Assembly (NCBI GenBank): GCA_905207535.1 | Contig: CAJLLX010000001.1 | Span: 64,428-128,427, forward strand | Direction: 5' to 3' | Origin: an uncultured Muribaculaceae bacterium | Lineage (GTDB): Bacteria > Bacteroidota > Bacteroidia > Bacteroidales > Muribaculaceae | Length of the DNA: 64,000 nucleotides | Part shown: positions 9,990 through 18,937 of the stretch, one piece after another | Layout of the letters: every line of letters begins with the position of its first letter | Position numbering within the stretch: position 1 is the stretch's first letter | Made by a program: the position numbers and the translations under genes | The notes under the pieces: model-generated | What the model saw: only the letters and a program-made list of their open reading frames with translations | Database searches by the model: none | Told to the model about the DNA's origin: nothing

Positions 9990-11087
9990 ATGAACAGAGT
10001 CGTATCAAATATGATACTGCTGCCGCTCTCCAAGCTCTATGGCTTCGGGGTGTGGGTGAGAAATCTCATGTTCAAATGGCATATCCTCAAGCAGCGCGAA
10101 TTTCCGGTGCCGGTGGTGGTGGTTGGTAATATCGGAGTGGGAGGTACAGGCAAAACGCCTCACACCGAGTATATTATCAATCTCCTGCGGTATAAATATC
10201 ACATAGGAGTGCTCAGCCGCGGGTACAAACGGGCCACAAAGGGATTCGTATTGGCCACTCAGCGCTCCACACCCCTGGATATAGGCGACGAGCCGTATCA
10301 GATCTATCAGAAATTCGGGCGCGACATCACTGTGGCAGTATGCGAGGACCGCTGCCACGGCATCGAGGAGATGCTGAGGCTCGATCCGAGAATCAACCTC
10401 ATAGTGCTTGACGACGCATTTCAGCATCGGTATGTCAAACCGACGGTGTCGATAGTGCTTACCGAGTTCAACAAGCCTGTATTCAACGACCGTCTGCTGC
10501 CTCTCGGACGTCTCCGCGAGCCGCAGAGCGCCATCTACCGCGCCGATATGGTGGTGGTGACGAAATGCCCCGAGCAACTCAATCCCCTGGAATACAGAAT
10601 ATTCAAAAACAACCTGAAACTGTTCCCATATCAGGAACTGTTTTTCTCGCGATTCGAATATGCTCAGCCGGTGCCCCTTTATCCCGAGGTAGCGGAGCAG
10701 GATTTCAACCTCAAGTGGCTCAAACCGCAGGACACAGTGATGGTGCTGTCGGGGATAGCCAATCCGAGACCTCTTATACGCTATCTCAAAGGATTTGCGG
10801 CCAAAGTGAAGGTGAAACGGTTTCCGGATCATCACAACTTCTCTCGCAAAGATCTCGAGGCGATCAAGGCGCGTTTCGACGAGATAGAGAGCGCGAAGAA
10901 ATATATCATCACCACCGAAAAAGACGCCGTGAGACTGATGAATAATCCGTATTTCCCTCACGAACTGAAGAAATACATATATTATCAGCCGGTGGAGGTG
11001 AAATTTGACGCCCTGAGAGCCGACAATGTGAAGACAGGCTCGTTTGACGTAGAGCTGCAGAAAGCGCTGCTCAATCATGTGAAATAG
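9990..11087 (+). CDS. lpxK: Tetraacyldisaccharide 4'-kinase
   Basis: Motifs VGNIGVGGTGKTP, LSRGYKR, LDDAFQH and TTEKDA. Confidence 0.96.
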   Translation: MNRVVSNMILLPLSKLYGFGVWVRNLMFKWHILKQREFPVPVVVVGNIGVGGTGKTPHTEYIINLLRYKYHIGVLSRGYKRATKGFVLATQRSTPLDIGDEPYQIYQKFGRDITVAVCEDRCHGIEEMLRLDPRINLIVLDDAFQHRYVKPTVSIVLTEFNKPVFNDRLLPLGRLREPQSAIYRADMVVVTKCPEQLNPLEYRIFKNNLKLFPYQELFFSRFEYAQPVPLYPEVAEQDFNLKWLKPQDTVMVLSGIANPRPLIRYLKGFAAKVKVKRFPDHHNFSRKDLEAIKARFDEIESAKKYIITTEKDAVRLMNNPYFPHELKKYIYYQPVEVKFDALRADNVKTGSFDVELQKALLNHVK

Positions 11088-11238
11088 AGCAGAGGTGGAG
11101 ACTTAAGGGATGAAGAGAGGGATGTGCCGGCGAGGGATGCGAACGTTTCGCACGGCAAGAGAGGCAACGACAAAGCGGCTTAAACAATAAGCACGAGAAT
11201 AACGTTAAATCTAAAGAGAAAAAAATTGATTTACTACC

Positions 11239-12051
11239 ATGCTTGAAAAAATTAACAGCACCGCCGACTTCCTGAGAACGAAAGTCGCCGACATGCCTAA
11301 ACTGGCAATAATCCTCGGCACAGGCCTTGGCCCTCTCGCCGACATGATAGAGGACAAAATAGTAATCCCTTATAAGGATATACCCAACTTCCCCGTCTCG
11401 ACAGTGGAGGGACACAGCGGCAACTTCATCTTCGGTACCCTCGGAGGGAAGCGCGTGATGGCCATGCAGGGACGTTTCCACTACTATGAGGGCTACGACA
11501 TGAAGACGGTGACCTTCCCGGTGCGTGTGATGCGTGCGCTTGGCGTGGAGACCCTGATAGTGTCGAATGCAGCCGGAGGTATGAACAAGGAGTTTCGCGT
11601 AGGCGATGTGATGATTATCACCGACCACATCAACCTTTTCCCTGAGAATCCTCTTCGCGGCAAGAACTACAATGAGCTCGGTGTACGTTTCCCGGCCATG
11701 ACCGAGGCTTACAGCCACCGCCTTGTAGAACTCGCCGACAAGATAGGTGCCGAGAAGGGGATCCGCCTGATGCACGGAGTGTATGTAGGCACTCCCGGCC
11801 CGACCTTCGAGACCCCTGCAGAGTATGAGTATTTCCGCGTCATCGGGGGTGATGCTGTGGGGATGTCCACAGTGCCCGAGGTGATCGTAGCCCGTCACGG
11901 CGGCATGGAGGTATTCGGTCTGTCGGTGATCACCGACCTCGGCGGCAAGGACATCACCGATGTACCCACTCATGAGGAAGTGCAACAGGCAGCCATAAAG
12001 GCCGAGCCTGTGACCAAAGAACTTGTCAAGACGCTTGTAGAGCGTCTGTAA
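11239..12051 (+). CDS. punA: Purine-nucleoside phosphorylase
   Basis: Motifs ILGTGLG, QGRFHYYEGY, GPTFETPAE and VGMSTVPE. Confidence 0.93.
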   Translation: MLEKINSTADFLRTKVADMPKLAIILGTGLGPLADMIEDKIVIPYKDIPNFPVSTVEGHSGNFIFGTLGGKRVMAMQGRFHYYEGYDMKTVTFPVRVMRALGVETLIVSNAAGGMNKEFRVGDVMIITDHINLFPENPLRGKNYNELGVRFPAMTEAYSHRLVELADKIGAEKGIRLMHGVYVGTPGPTFETPAEYEYFRVIGGDAVGMSTVPEVIVARHGGMEVFGLSVITDLGGKDITDVPTHEEVQQAAIKAEPVTKELVKTLVERL

Positions 12052-12174
12052 CTCAGAGATACGCGCGCCGGTGTGGCGACAGTTTGCCGCCGGGTGTCAT
12101 CGTGCAGTTGCCGAAAGGGGAGCGCCGACGACATCCGGCGGAAGCACCGGCCGAAAGAATTTCAACTTTCATTT

Positions 12175-13338
12175 ATGGAAGAAAAACAGACAGAGATTTC
12201 GACGCTCGGCGAGTTTGGCCTCATCAGGCATCTTACCGAAGGGATAGAACTTGTGAACAGCTCGTCGCTCAAAGGTGTGGGCGACGACTGCGCCGTGATG
12301 GAGTATAAAGATACCGAAGTGCTTGTCTCCACCGACCTGCTGGTGGAAGGTGTGCACTTCGATCTGACCTATGTGCCGCTGAAACATCTCGGCTACAAAG
12401 CCGCGGTGGTCAACTTCTCGGATATCTATGCGATGAACGGACATCCGAGGCAGATTGTAGTGTCGCTTGCCATCAGCAAGAGGTTCACCGTGGAGCATAT
12501 GGAGGCGCTTTACAGCGGCATCCGTCTGGCTTGCCAGTACTATGGAGTGGACCTTGTGGGAGGCGACACCACCTCCTCGCGTGCCGGGCTTGTGATCTCT
12601 ATCACCGTCATCGGCGATGCGCCTAAAGACAAAATAGTATATCGATCGGGCGCTAAAGATACCGACCTGATATGTGTGTCGGGTGATCTCGGGTCGGCAT
12701 ATATGGGCCTGCAGTTGCTGGAGCGTGAAAAGATAGCCTCGGCCGGACAGCGCGACTTTGAGCCGCAGTTTGCCGGTAAGGAGTATCTGATTGAGCGCCA
12801 GCTGAAACCCGAAGCACGCCGCGATATCATAGAGAAACTGGAGAAAGCCGGGATAGTACCCACCTCGATGATGGATATTTCCGACGGCCTTTCCTCAGAA
12901 TTGCTCCACATCTGCCATGCATCGAATGTAGGTTGCCGCGTGTACGAAGACCGCATCCCCATCGACTATCAGACAGCGATTATGGCAGAGGAACTCAACA
13001 TGAATCTGGTCACAGCCGCCATGAACGGTGGCGAGGACTACGAGTTGCTCTTCACAGTGCCGCTGCACATGCACGAAGCCGTATCGAAGATCGACGGCGT
13101 GAAGGTGATAGGACATATCACCCGGCCCGAACTGGGGTGTGCCATGGTGACCCGCGACGACAACGAGATGGAGATTCGCGCCCAGGGCTGGAATCCACTC
13201 GCTGCACCCCAGGCCGCTCCGGCGCCGGCTACAATGCCTAAGAACGAAGAAGCTCCCGAGGCCAAGGCTGATAAAGCAGATGAGGAAAAAACAGCCGAAA
13301 GCAAGCCTGAGACTCCCGCCGACGAAACCAAAGCCTGA
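12175..13338 (+). CDS. thiL: Thiamine-monophosphate kinase with low-complexity C-terminal tail
   Basis: Motifs GEFGLI, GVGDDCA, GGDT, DISDGL and GGEDYELLFT. Start set at ATG 12175. Confidence 0.95.
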   Translation: MEEKQTEISTLGEFGLIRHLTEGIELVNSSSLKGVGDDCAVMEYKDTEVLVSTDLLVEGVHFDLTYVPLKHLGYKAAVVNFSDIYAMNGHPRQIVVSLAISKRFTVEHMEALYSGIRLACQYYGVDLVGGDTTSSRAGLVISITVIGDAPKDKIVYRSGAKDTDLICVSGDLGSAYMGLQLLEREKIASAGQRDFEPQFAGKEYLIERQLKPEARRDIIEKLEKAGIVPTSMMDISDGLSSELLHICHASNVGCRVYEDRIPIDYQTAIMAEELNMNLVTAAMNGGEDYELLFTVPLHMHEAVSKIDGVKVIGHITRPELGCAMVTRDDNEMEIRAQGWNPLAAPQAAPAPATMPKNEEAPEAKADKADEEKTAESKPETPADETKA

Positions 13339-13357
13339 AAAACAGGCCTAAAGCATA

Positions 13358-13408
13358 GCAGATGCCCCTTTCTACGTAGCCTCTCCGGCCGGGGAAAGGG
13401 GCATTTGC
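13358..13408 (+). terminator. Hairpin downstream of thiL
   Basis: Inverted repeat GCAGATGCCCCTTTC / GAAAGGGGCATTTGC. Confidence 0.55.
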
Positions 13409-13462
13409 GGCATATGAAAGCATATGAAAGGGGTGAAAGGGAAAAAATTCATGGCAGATATG

Positions 13463-13493
13463 GTTGAGGATTGGCAACAATTTCGTAACTTTG
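13463..13493 (+). promoter_or_regulatory. Sigma-A promoter of the nusB-yajC operon
   Basis: GTTG-N19-TAACTTTG. Confidence 0.6.
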
Positions 13494-13524
13494 CGCTAAA
13501 TTCACAGTTAGGACATTTAGACCA

Positions 13525-14955
13525 ATGATCAATAGAATTTTAATACGAATCAAGGTAGTGCAGATGCTCTATTCGTATCTCCTTACCCGTAGTGAATTCC
13601 ATCTCGAATCAGAACCGACATCGCCCGGCCGCGATGCAAAATTTGCCTATAAGGTATATCTGAATCTGCTATTGGTCATACTTGAACTCTCGGGATACAG
13701 AGTAGACGCCGCGAAAGCACGTAAGAACCCGATGGAAAGCCTTGGCGAGGCCAACATGCTCTCGTCTAACAAGCTTGCTTCGGCGCTGATTGCCGATAGC
13801 GAAGTGAAGGCGTTGATTGCCAAAGGGGTTGCCGGCGTCGAGGCATATGATGCAGCGCTTCTGCGCCTCTATAGCCTCATCACCCGTTCGGCCGCATACA
13901 TTGATTATTCCAAGAAAAAACGTCACGATCTCGAGGAGGATGTGAAATTCTGGTGCGTGGTGCTCAATACCATCATCGCATCCAATCCGCTGGTGCTTGA
14001 AGCCGCCCGCACCGATGAGGAGTTTACGCTTGTCGGTTTCCAAAAGGGCGTGGAGATGCTTTATCACACCCTGAGCAACTATAACGATGTGCGTCTGTCG
14101 CTTCTGAATGCGAAGAAATCGCTCAACGAGTCGCTCGACAAAGCCTACGAACTGTATCACGCGCTGTTGCTTCTGCCGGTATTCATCACCGACATGGAGC
14201 GCGAGCGCATAGAGAGCGCCAAGGCAAAATATTGCCCTTCCGACCATGATCTCAACCCCAACATGCGGTTTGTGGAAAATGCTCTGATAGAGCGCATCCG
14301 CAACAACGCCGATATGGAGGCCTATCTGAAGAAAAATCCGGTGACCTGGGAAGCAGATTTCTTCCTGCTAAAAGAGCTGATGGACAAAATACGCGAATCG
14401 GAGGCCTACCGCAACTATATGGAAGCCGAGGAGACCGGCTATGCAGCCGACTGCGAGCTGTGGCGCACACTGATGCGCACAGTGGTGCTTCCCTCCGATG
14501 CTCTGGCCGAGGCCCTCGAGGCCAAATCGGTATACTGGAACGACGACCTCACCATCATGGGCACCTTCGTGCTCAAATCTATCAAGCACTTTGCTGCTTC
14601 GGAAGATAAGGAGGTCAATCTACTGCCGGTGTACAAGGATGAGGAGGATGCGAAGTTCGGTCCCGAGCTTTTCACCGACGCTATCAAAAACCGCGAGCTC
14701 TACCGCAGCTACATCGACCGCTTCATCAACGGCAACTCATGGGACCCCGAGCGTATCGCCTTCATGGATATAGTGATACTCACCACGGCTATCAGCGAGC
14801 TGGTGAATTTCCCGAATATCCCTATGGCAGTGACCATGAACGAATACATAGAGATAGCCAACTACTACAGCACGGCACGCAGCGGCCAGTTTATCAACGG
14901 TCTGCTCTACTCTGTGGCCAACTGCCTCCGCGAAGAGGGCAAAATAGTGAAGTAA
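13525..14955 (+). CDS. nusB: Transcription antitermination factor NusB, Bacteroidetes long form with internal duplication
   Basis: N-terminus MINRILIRIKVVQ and C-terminal WDPERIAFMD...NEYIEIANYYS...FINGLL; lies upstream of yajC. Confidence 0.9.
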   Translation: MINRILIRIKVVQMLYSYLLTRSEFHLESEPTSPGRDAKFAYKVYLNLLLVILELSGYRVDAAKARKNPMESLGEANMLSSNKLASALIADSEVKALIAKGVAGVEAYDAALLRLYSLITRSAAYIDYSKKKRHDLEEDVKFWCVVLNTIIASNPLVLEAARTDEEFTLVGFQKGVEMLYHTLSNYNDVRLSLLNAKKSLNESLDKAYELYHALLLLPVFITDMERERIESAKAKYCPSDHDLNPNMRFVENALIERIRNNADMEAYLKKNPVTWEADFFLLKELMDKIRESEAYRNYMEAEETGYAADCELWRTLMRTVVLPSDALAEALEAKSVYWNDDLTIMGTFVLKSIKHFAASEDKEVNLLPVYKDEEDAKFGPELFTDAIKNRELYRSYIDRFINGNSWDPERIAFMDIVILTTAISELVNFPNIPMAVTMNEYIEIANYYSTARSGQFINGLLYSVANCLREEGKIVK

Positions 14956-15005
14956 TCACAGCCTTTACGAATCAAATAGAAACATAACAAAACATCCCAA
15001 TTACC

Positions 15006-15335
15006 ATGTTACAGACATTTATAGCACTTCAGGCCAACGGGGCAGCCGGCGGCGGTATGTCCGGAATAATAATGATCGTAGTGCTGATCGCCATCTTCTA
15101 CTTCATGATGATCCGTCCGCAGCAGAAGAAGCAGAAAGAGATCAAGAAATTTCGCGACGGCCTTCAGAAGGGTGACAATGTAATCACTGCCGGCGGTATC
15201 TACGGCAAGATCAAAGAGGTGAAAAACGACTCGATGCTCATCACCGTGGCCGACGGAGTGACAATCCGCGTGGACAAGAACTCAATCTACCCCAGCGCAT
15301 CCGACGCTCAGGCCGATGCCGAGGCAAAGAACTGA
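15006..15335 (+). CDS. yajC: Preprotein translocase subunit YajC
   Basis: Motifs FYFMMIRPQQKKQK and GDNVITAGGIYG. Confidence 0.96.
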   Translation: MLQTFIALQANGAAGGGMSGIIMIVVLIAIFYFMMIRPQQKKQKEIKKFRDGLQKGDNVITAGGIYGKIKEVKNDSMLITVADGVTIRVDKNSIYPSASDAQADAEAKN

Positions 15336-15424
15336 TTTACACTTTCCTACCCGGAGGTAAATGGCTTCGGGGCATGGAAAAATGACTGTTTCATGCTCTG
15401 CATGGACAAAAACAGCGCATATAT

Positions 15425-16399
15425 TTGAAGGTCAGGAATATATATTGCACAGTAAGTGAGGCGTTGCGCACTTCCAAAGGGCGCAACATCCTCACTTTTT
15501 TAGTTTTTCTGGCCATTTCGGCTGTATTCTGGCTGCTGTTGGCGCTTAACGACGATGTGCAGCAGGATTACAACATCCCGGTGCAGCTCGAGGGATTTCC
15601 CGAAGATGTGACACTACTTTCGGGATATAACACCACGCTGAGTGTGGCTGTGAAAGACAAAGGATCGTCGCTGATGAAGTATGAGTTTGGGAATAACCCC
15701 ACGATGAAGCTCAACTTCGACGACTTTATCAATACCGGCGACACCGTGCTGACTATCCGTGCCTCGCAGCTCAACTCGGCAGTGCGGAGCATATTCGGCA
15801 ACTCGGCATCAGTGGTGGCCATGCGCCCGGATTCGCTGAAGATGACATATACGTCCAATCCCGGCATCAAAGTGCCGGTGATAGTGGATTGCGACATCAC
15901 CACTCAGACACAGTATGCCTACTCGGGCCATCCGATAGTCGACGTCGATTCGGTGATGCTCTACTCCAATTCGGCCCGGCGCTACAGCATCCACGCCATC
16001 CACACACGTCCGCTGATACTGGCCAACCTTACCGACACCAACACGGTGGATGTGGCGCTGAAAGTGCCGGCAGGCATGCGTGCCATCCCATCGTCGATTA
16101 AAGTGGTGGTGCCTGTGGAGCCGCTCGTGGCCAAGCAGCAGAAGGTGGCCGTGGAGATCATTAATGTGCCGGCAGGGGAGCGCGTAGTGACCTTCCCGGC
16201 TATTACCGAGGTATCATATCTGATACCCAAGAGCATGTATCATGCCGACATGGCGCCAATAAAGGCCACGGTAGACTACAGAGACATCCGCCCCGGAGTG
16301 AAGTCGCTGAATATCAGCCTGTCGAAATTGCCGTCGTATGTCAGGAATCCGGTGCTGACTCCCGACCATGTGGAATACGTGATAGAACGCATAGAATAA
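15425..16399 (+). CDS. YbbR/CdaR-like domain membrane protein
   Basis: N-terminal TM (FLVFLAISAVFWLL) followed by beta-rich repeats; usual position between yajC and coaE in Bacteroidetes. Confidence 0.75.
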   Translation: MKVRNIYCTVSEALRTSKGRNILTFLVFLAISAVFWLLLALNDDVQQDYNIPVQLEGFPEDVTLLSGYNTTLSVAVKDKGSSLMKYEFGNNPTMKLNFDDFINTGDTVLTIRASQLNSAVRSIFGNSASVVAMRPDSLKMTYTSNPGIKVPVIVDCDITTQTQYAYSGHPIVDVDSVMLYSNSARRYSIHAIHTRPLILANLTDTNTVDVALKVPAGMRAIPSSIKVVVPVEPLVAKQQKVAVEIINVPAGERVVTFPAITEVSYLIPKSMYHADMAPIKATVDYRDIRPGVKSLNISLSKLPSYVRNPVLTPDHVEYVIERIE

Positions 16400-16409
16400 T
16401 CTCCCTGAA

Positions 16410-17036
16410 ATGGAAAAACCGATAAAACTGATTGCCGTTGCCGGAGGAATAGGCAGCGGCAAATCTGTAATATGCCGGATGCTCAGAGTGATGGGCTACG
16501 AGGTATACGACTGCGACACAATGGCAAAGGCGCTGATGGACCGCAGCGGGCGCATGAAGCAAAGAATAGCCGGGGAAATAGGGGAGGAAGCTATCATGAT
16601 GCCGGCCGACAATGCCTGGGAGACGGCCGTGATAGACCGGCGCCGACTTTCGGCGATAGTATTTTCTGACAAGGAGAAACTGTCGCGACTCAATGCTATA
16701 GTACATGGCGAAGTGATAGCCGATGTGAAGCGCTGGCGCGACGGGAAAAGGGTCGGTGGAAAAAATGTGGTGTTTGTAGAGTCGGCAGTGCTCTACACCT
16801 CGGGCTTGCACCGCGAGGTGGATGCCATCTGGTATGTCAGCGCCTCGGAGAGCACGCGCATAGAGCGCGCCATGGCTCGCGACAATGCCACTCGCGAGCA
16901 GATTGTCGCACGCATCGCCAGCCAGGAGAAAGAGCTCGCGGCCATGAGGCAGTCTGGAGATAATATCTATGAGATAGACAACAACGGCGAGAGGGCAGTG
17001 CTGCCTCAGGTGCTTGGACTGTTGAGGAAGATTTAG
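16410..17036 (+). CDS. coaE: Dephospho-CoA kinase
   Basis: P-loop GGIGSGKS, YDCD and LNAIVH. Confidence 0.93.
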   Translation: MEKPIKLIAVAGGIGSGKSVICRMLRVMGYEVYDCDTMAKALMDRSGRMKQRIAGEIGEEAIMMPADNAWETAVIDRRRLSAIVFSDKEKLSRLNAIVHGEVIADVKRWRDGKRVGGKNVVFVESAVLYTSGLHREVDAIWYVSASESTRIERAMARDNATREQIVARIASQEKELAAMRQSGDNIYEIDNNGERAVLPQVLGLLRKI

Positions 17037-17836
17037 CGTTCTACGACACTACAGAATAGATCAAAATCATCGGCGTCATCGCCCACGGGGAGGCGGCGGC
17101 GCATCTTGTTGACCTCGTCAATCGTATAAGATGCATACAGCAGATCGTGAGACCGGCTTGAAGCAATCTCGTGGCCTGAGGGATCGAACACGTAAGCCAT
17201 ATTTTCATAGTCGCCGTAATCGTCGCGTCCCGAACGGTCGGCGCCCACTACCACAGCCTGATTTTCTATTGCGCGGGCGATGAGCAACTGCTTCCACGCA
17301 TATCCGCGCGTCGAAGGCCAGTTGGCCGGCACGATGAGCATGTCGTAGCGGTTCCCCTTATTGCGGCACCACACCGGGAAACGGAGGTCGTAGCAGATGA
17401 CGAAAGAGATGTTCCATCCGCGGTATCTCACCACCTTCGGGAGAGTGGCTCCGGGAGTAAAGATCTTAGCCTCGGGACTGAGGCAAAAGAGATGGCGCTT
17501 GTCGTAAAGGGTGATTTCGCCCGAAGGCTCTACAAAGAAGCCGCGGTTGAGATATTTCCCATCCTCCTTGATCAGCACGCTTCCGACAATCGCCACATTG
17601 AAGTCGGCGCTCCATTGTCTGACTGTGTCGATAGCCTCCTGACCGTGGTTCGTGGCCATCTGCTCGATAAGCGACTCGTCCTGAATAAATCCGGTGCTGA
17701 AAAGTTCGGGCAATACAAGGATGTCGGTACCGGGCTGAAGGTGCCGGAGACTGTCATGCACCATGGCCATGTTGCTGTCATAATCGCACCATGCGATGGG
17801 GAGCGGGAGCACCGCTATGTTGATCCTGTTGTTCAC
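17033..17836 (-). CDS. Carbon-nitrogen hydrolase (YafV / omega-amidase-like)
   Basis: Glu-Lys-Cys triad motifs LPELFSTGF, YDKRHLF and ICYDLRFPVW. Confidence 0.9.
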   Translation of the reverse strand: MNNRINIAVLPLPIAWCDYDSNMAMVHDSLRHLQPGTDILVLPELFSTGFIQDESLIEQMATNHGQEAIDTVRQWSADFNVAIVGSVLIKEDGKYLNRGFFVEPSGEITLYDKRHLFCLSPEAKIFTPGATLPKVVRYRGWNISFVICYDLRFPVWCRNKGNRYDMLIVPANWPSTRGYAWKQLLIARAIENQAVVVGADRSGRDDYGDYENMAYVFDPSGHEIASSRSHDLLYASYTIDEVNKMRRRLPVGDDADDFDLFCSVVER

Positions 17837-17859
17837 GGGAGTATACTGTTTAATCGAAA

Positions 17860-18408
17860 TTACGACGGGCCGACGGTGAATTTGTCGGGATATTTACCGG
17901 TGTAACCCCGGTAATAGTTCTTGATGGCGGCGAGGTCGGCATTGATGTCACCGGTGGGCTCAAAGATCTCTGAAACCTCTATATGTCGCGAGGGATAGTC
18001 GATGGCGCCAAGTGCCACCGGCACTCCGGTCTCGTAAGCGATGCGGAGGAAACCGGTGTGCCAGTTGACGACTCGTTTACGGGTCCCTTCGGGGGTGATG
18101 GCGAGTGTCAGCGTGGCCACGCTGTTGAATTTCCAGACAAGAGTCTCCACAAGCGATCCGCCCTTTTTCCCCCTCTTTACCGGCACACCGCCGATGGCCT
18201 TGAAAAATAAGCCGAGAGGAAAGAAAAACCATGAAGATTTCATCAGAAATCCGGCCTTGCGGCCGACGGAATGGATGGCCAGTTCACCCAGGATAAAATC
18301 CCAGTTGGATGTGTGGGGAGCCACACATATGATGCATTTGGGATAATCGGGGATGGTGAAGTTGAGTGTCCATCCGAAGATCTTAAGTATACGTGCGGAG
18401 ATATTCAT
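17860..18408 (-). CDS. PlsC-family acyltransferase
   Basis: Motifs APHTSNWD and ITPEGTR. Confidence 0.9.
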   Translation of the reverse strand: MNISARILKIFGWTLNFTIPDYPKCIICVAPHTSNWDFILGELAIHSVGRKAGFLMKSSWFFFPLGLFFKAIGGVPVKRGKKGGSLVETLVWKFNSVATLTLAITPEGTRKRVVNWHTGFLRIAYETGVPVALGAIDYPSRHIEVSEIFEPTGDINADLAAIKNYYRGYTGKYPDKFTVGPS

Positions 18409-18533
18409 TTGTCGGGTTTGTTATACCTCCCAGCGGAGGTGGATTGGTGGAGCTGTTGCAGAGCTGATTACTATCCTCTGCCTGAGTTTGGCGACAGGCA
18501 GAGGATAGTGATGGCGGGGGAGAAAGGGATGGT

Positions 18534-18899
18534 TCAGGCCTTTTCGGTTGCGGCCTTGTTGGCATCCTTCACTTCAGCGGGGAGCGCGGCGTTCATGGCC
18601 TTGACGATTTCCTGAACGTGTGCGGCGAATTTCTCGCGGAACGATGCATATGCCTTGTGGAAATAAGCACGACGTGCTTTGTGATACTCAGCCACTGTAG
18701 CGAAGTCGGAAGGGGTCTTGTCGAAGGCAAACGATGCATTTGCCAGAGCTGCAGACTGGAGGTCGGCAATCTTGCCGACAATCGGCTCCATATCCTCGGG
18801 CTTAACGCCTTTGACGTATCTTGCTGCGATGAGACACTCGGTAGCAAGGTCGGCGCATACCTTGTTGACCATCTTTTTCAGACATCTTTTGTTAGCCAT
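18534..18899 (-). CDS. Conserved Bacteroidales hypothetical protein
   Basis: Clean 121-aa helical ORF with an AT-rich upstream region and N-terminus MANKRxLKK. Confidence 0.7.
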   Translation of the reverse strand: MANKRCLKKMVNKVCADLATECLIAARYVKGVKPEDMEPIVGKIADLQSAALANASFAFDKTPSDFATVAEYHKARRAYFHKAYASFREKFAAHVQEIVKAMNAALPAEVKDANKAATEKA

Positions 18900-18937
18900 A
18901 AGTCTTAAATGTTTTATAGTAGGAAAAAATGTATTGA

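Noticed and set aside
12052..12174. TPP riboswitch upstream of thiL
   Set aside because: The CUGAGA and other aptamer core motifs are absent.
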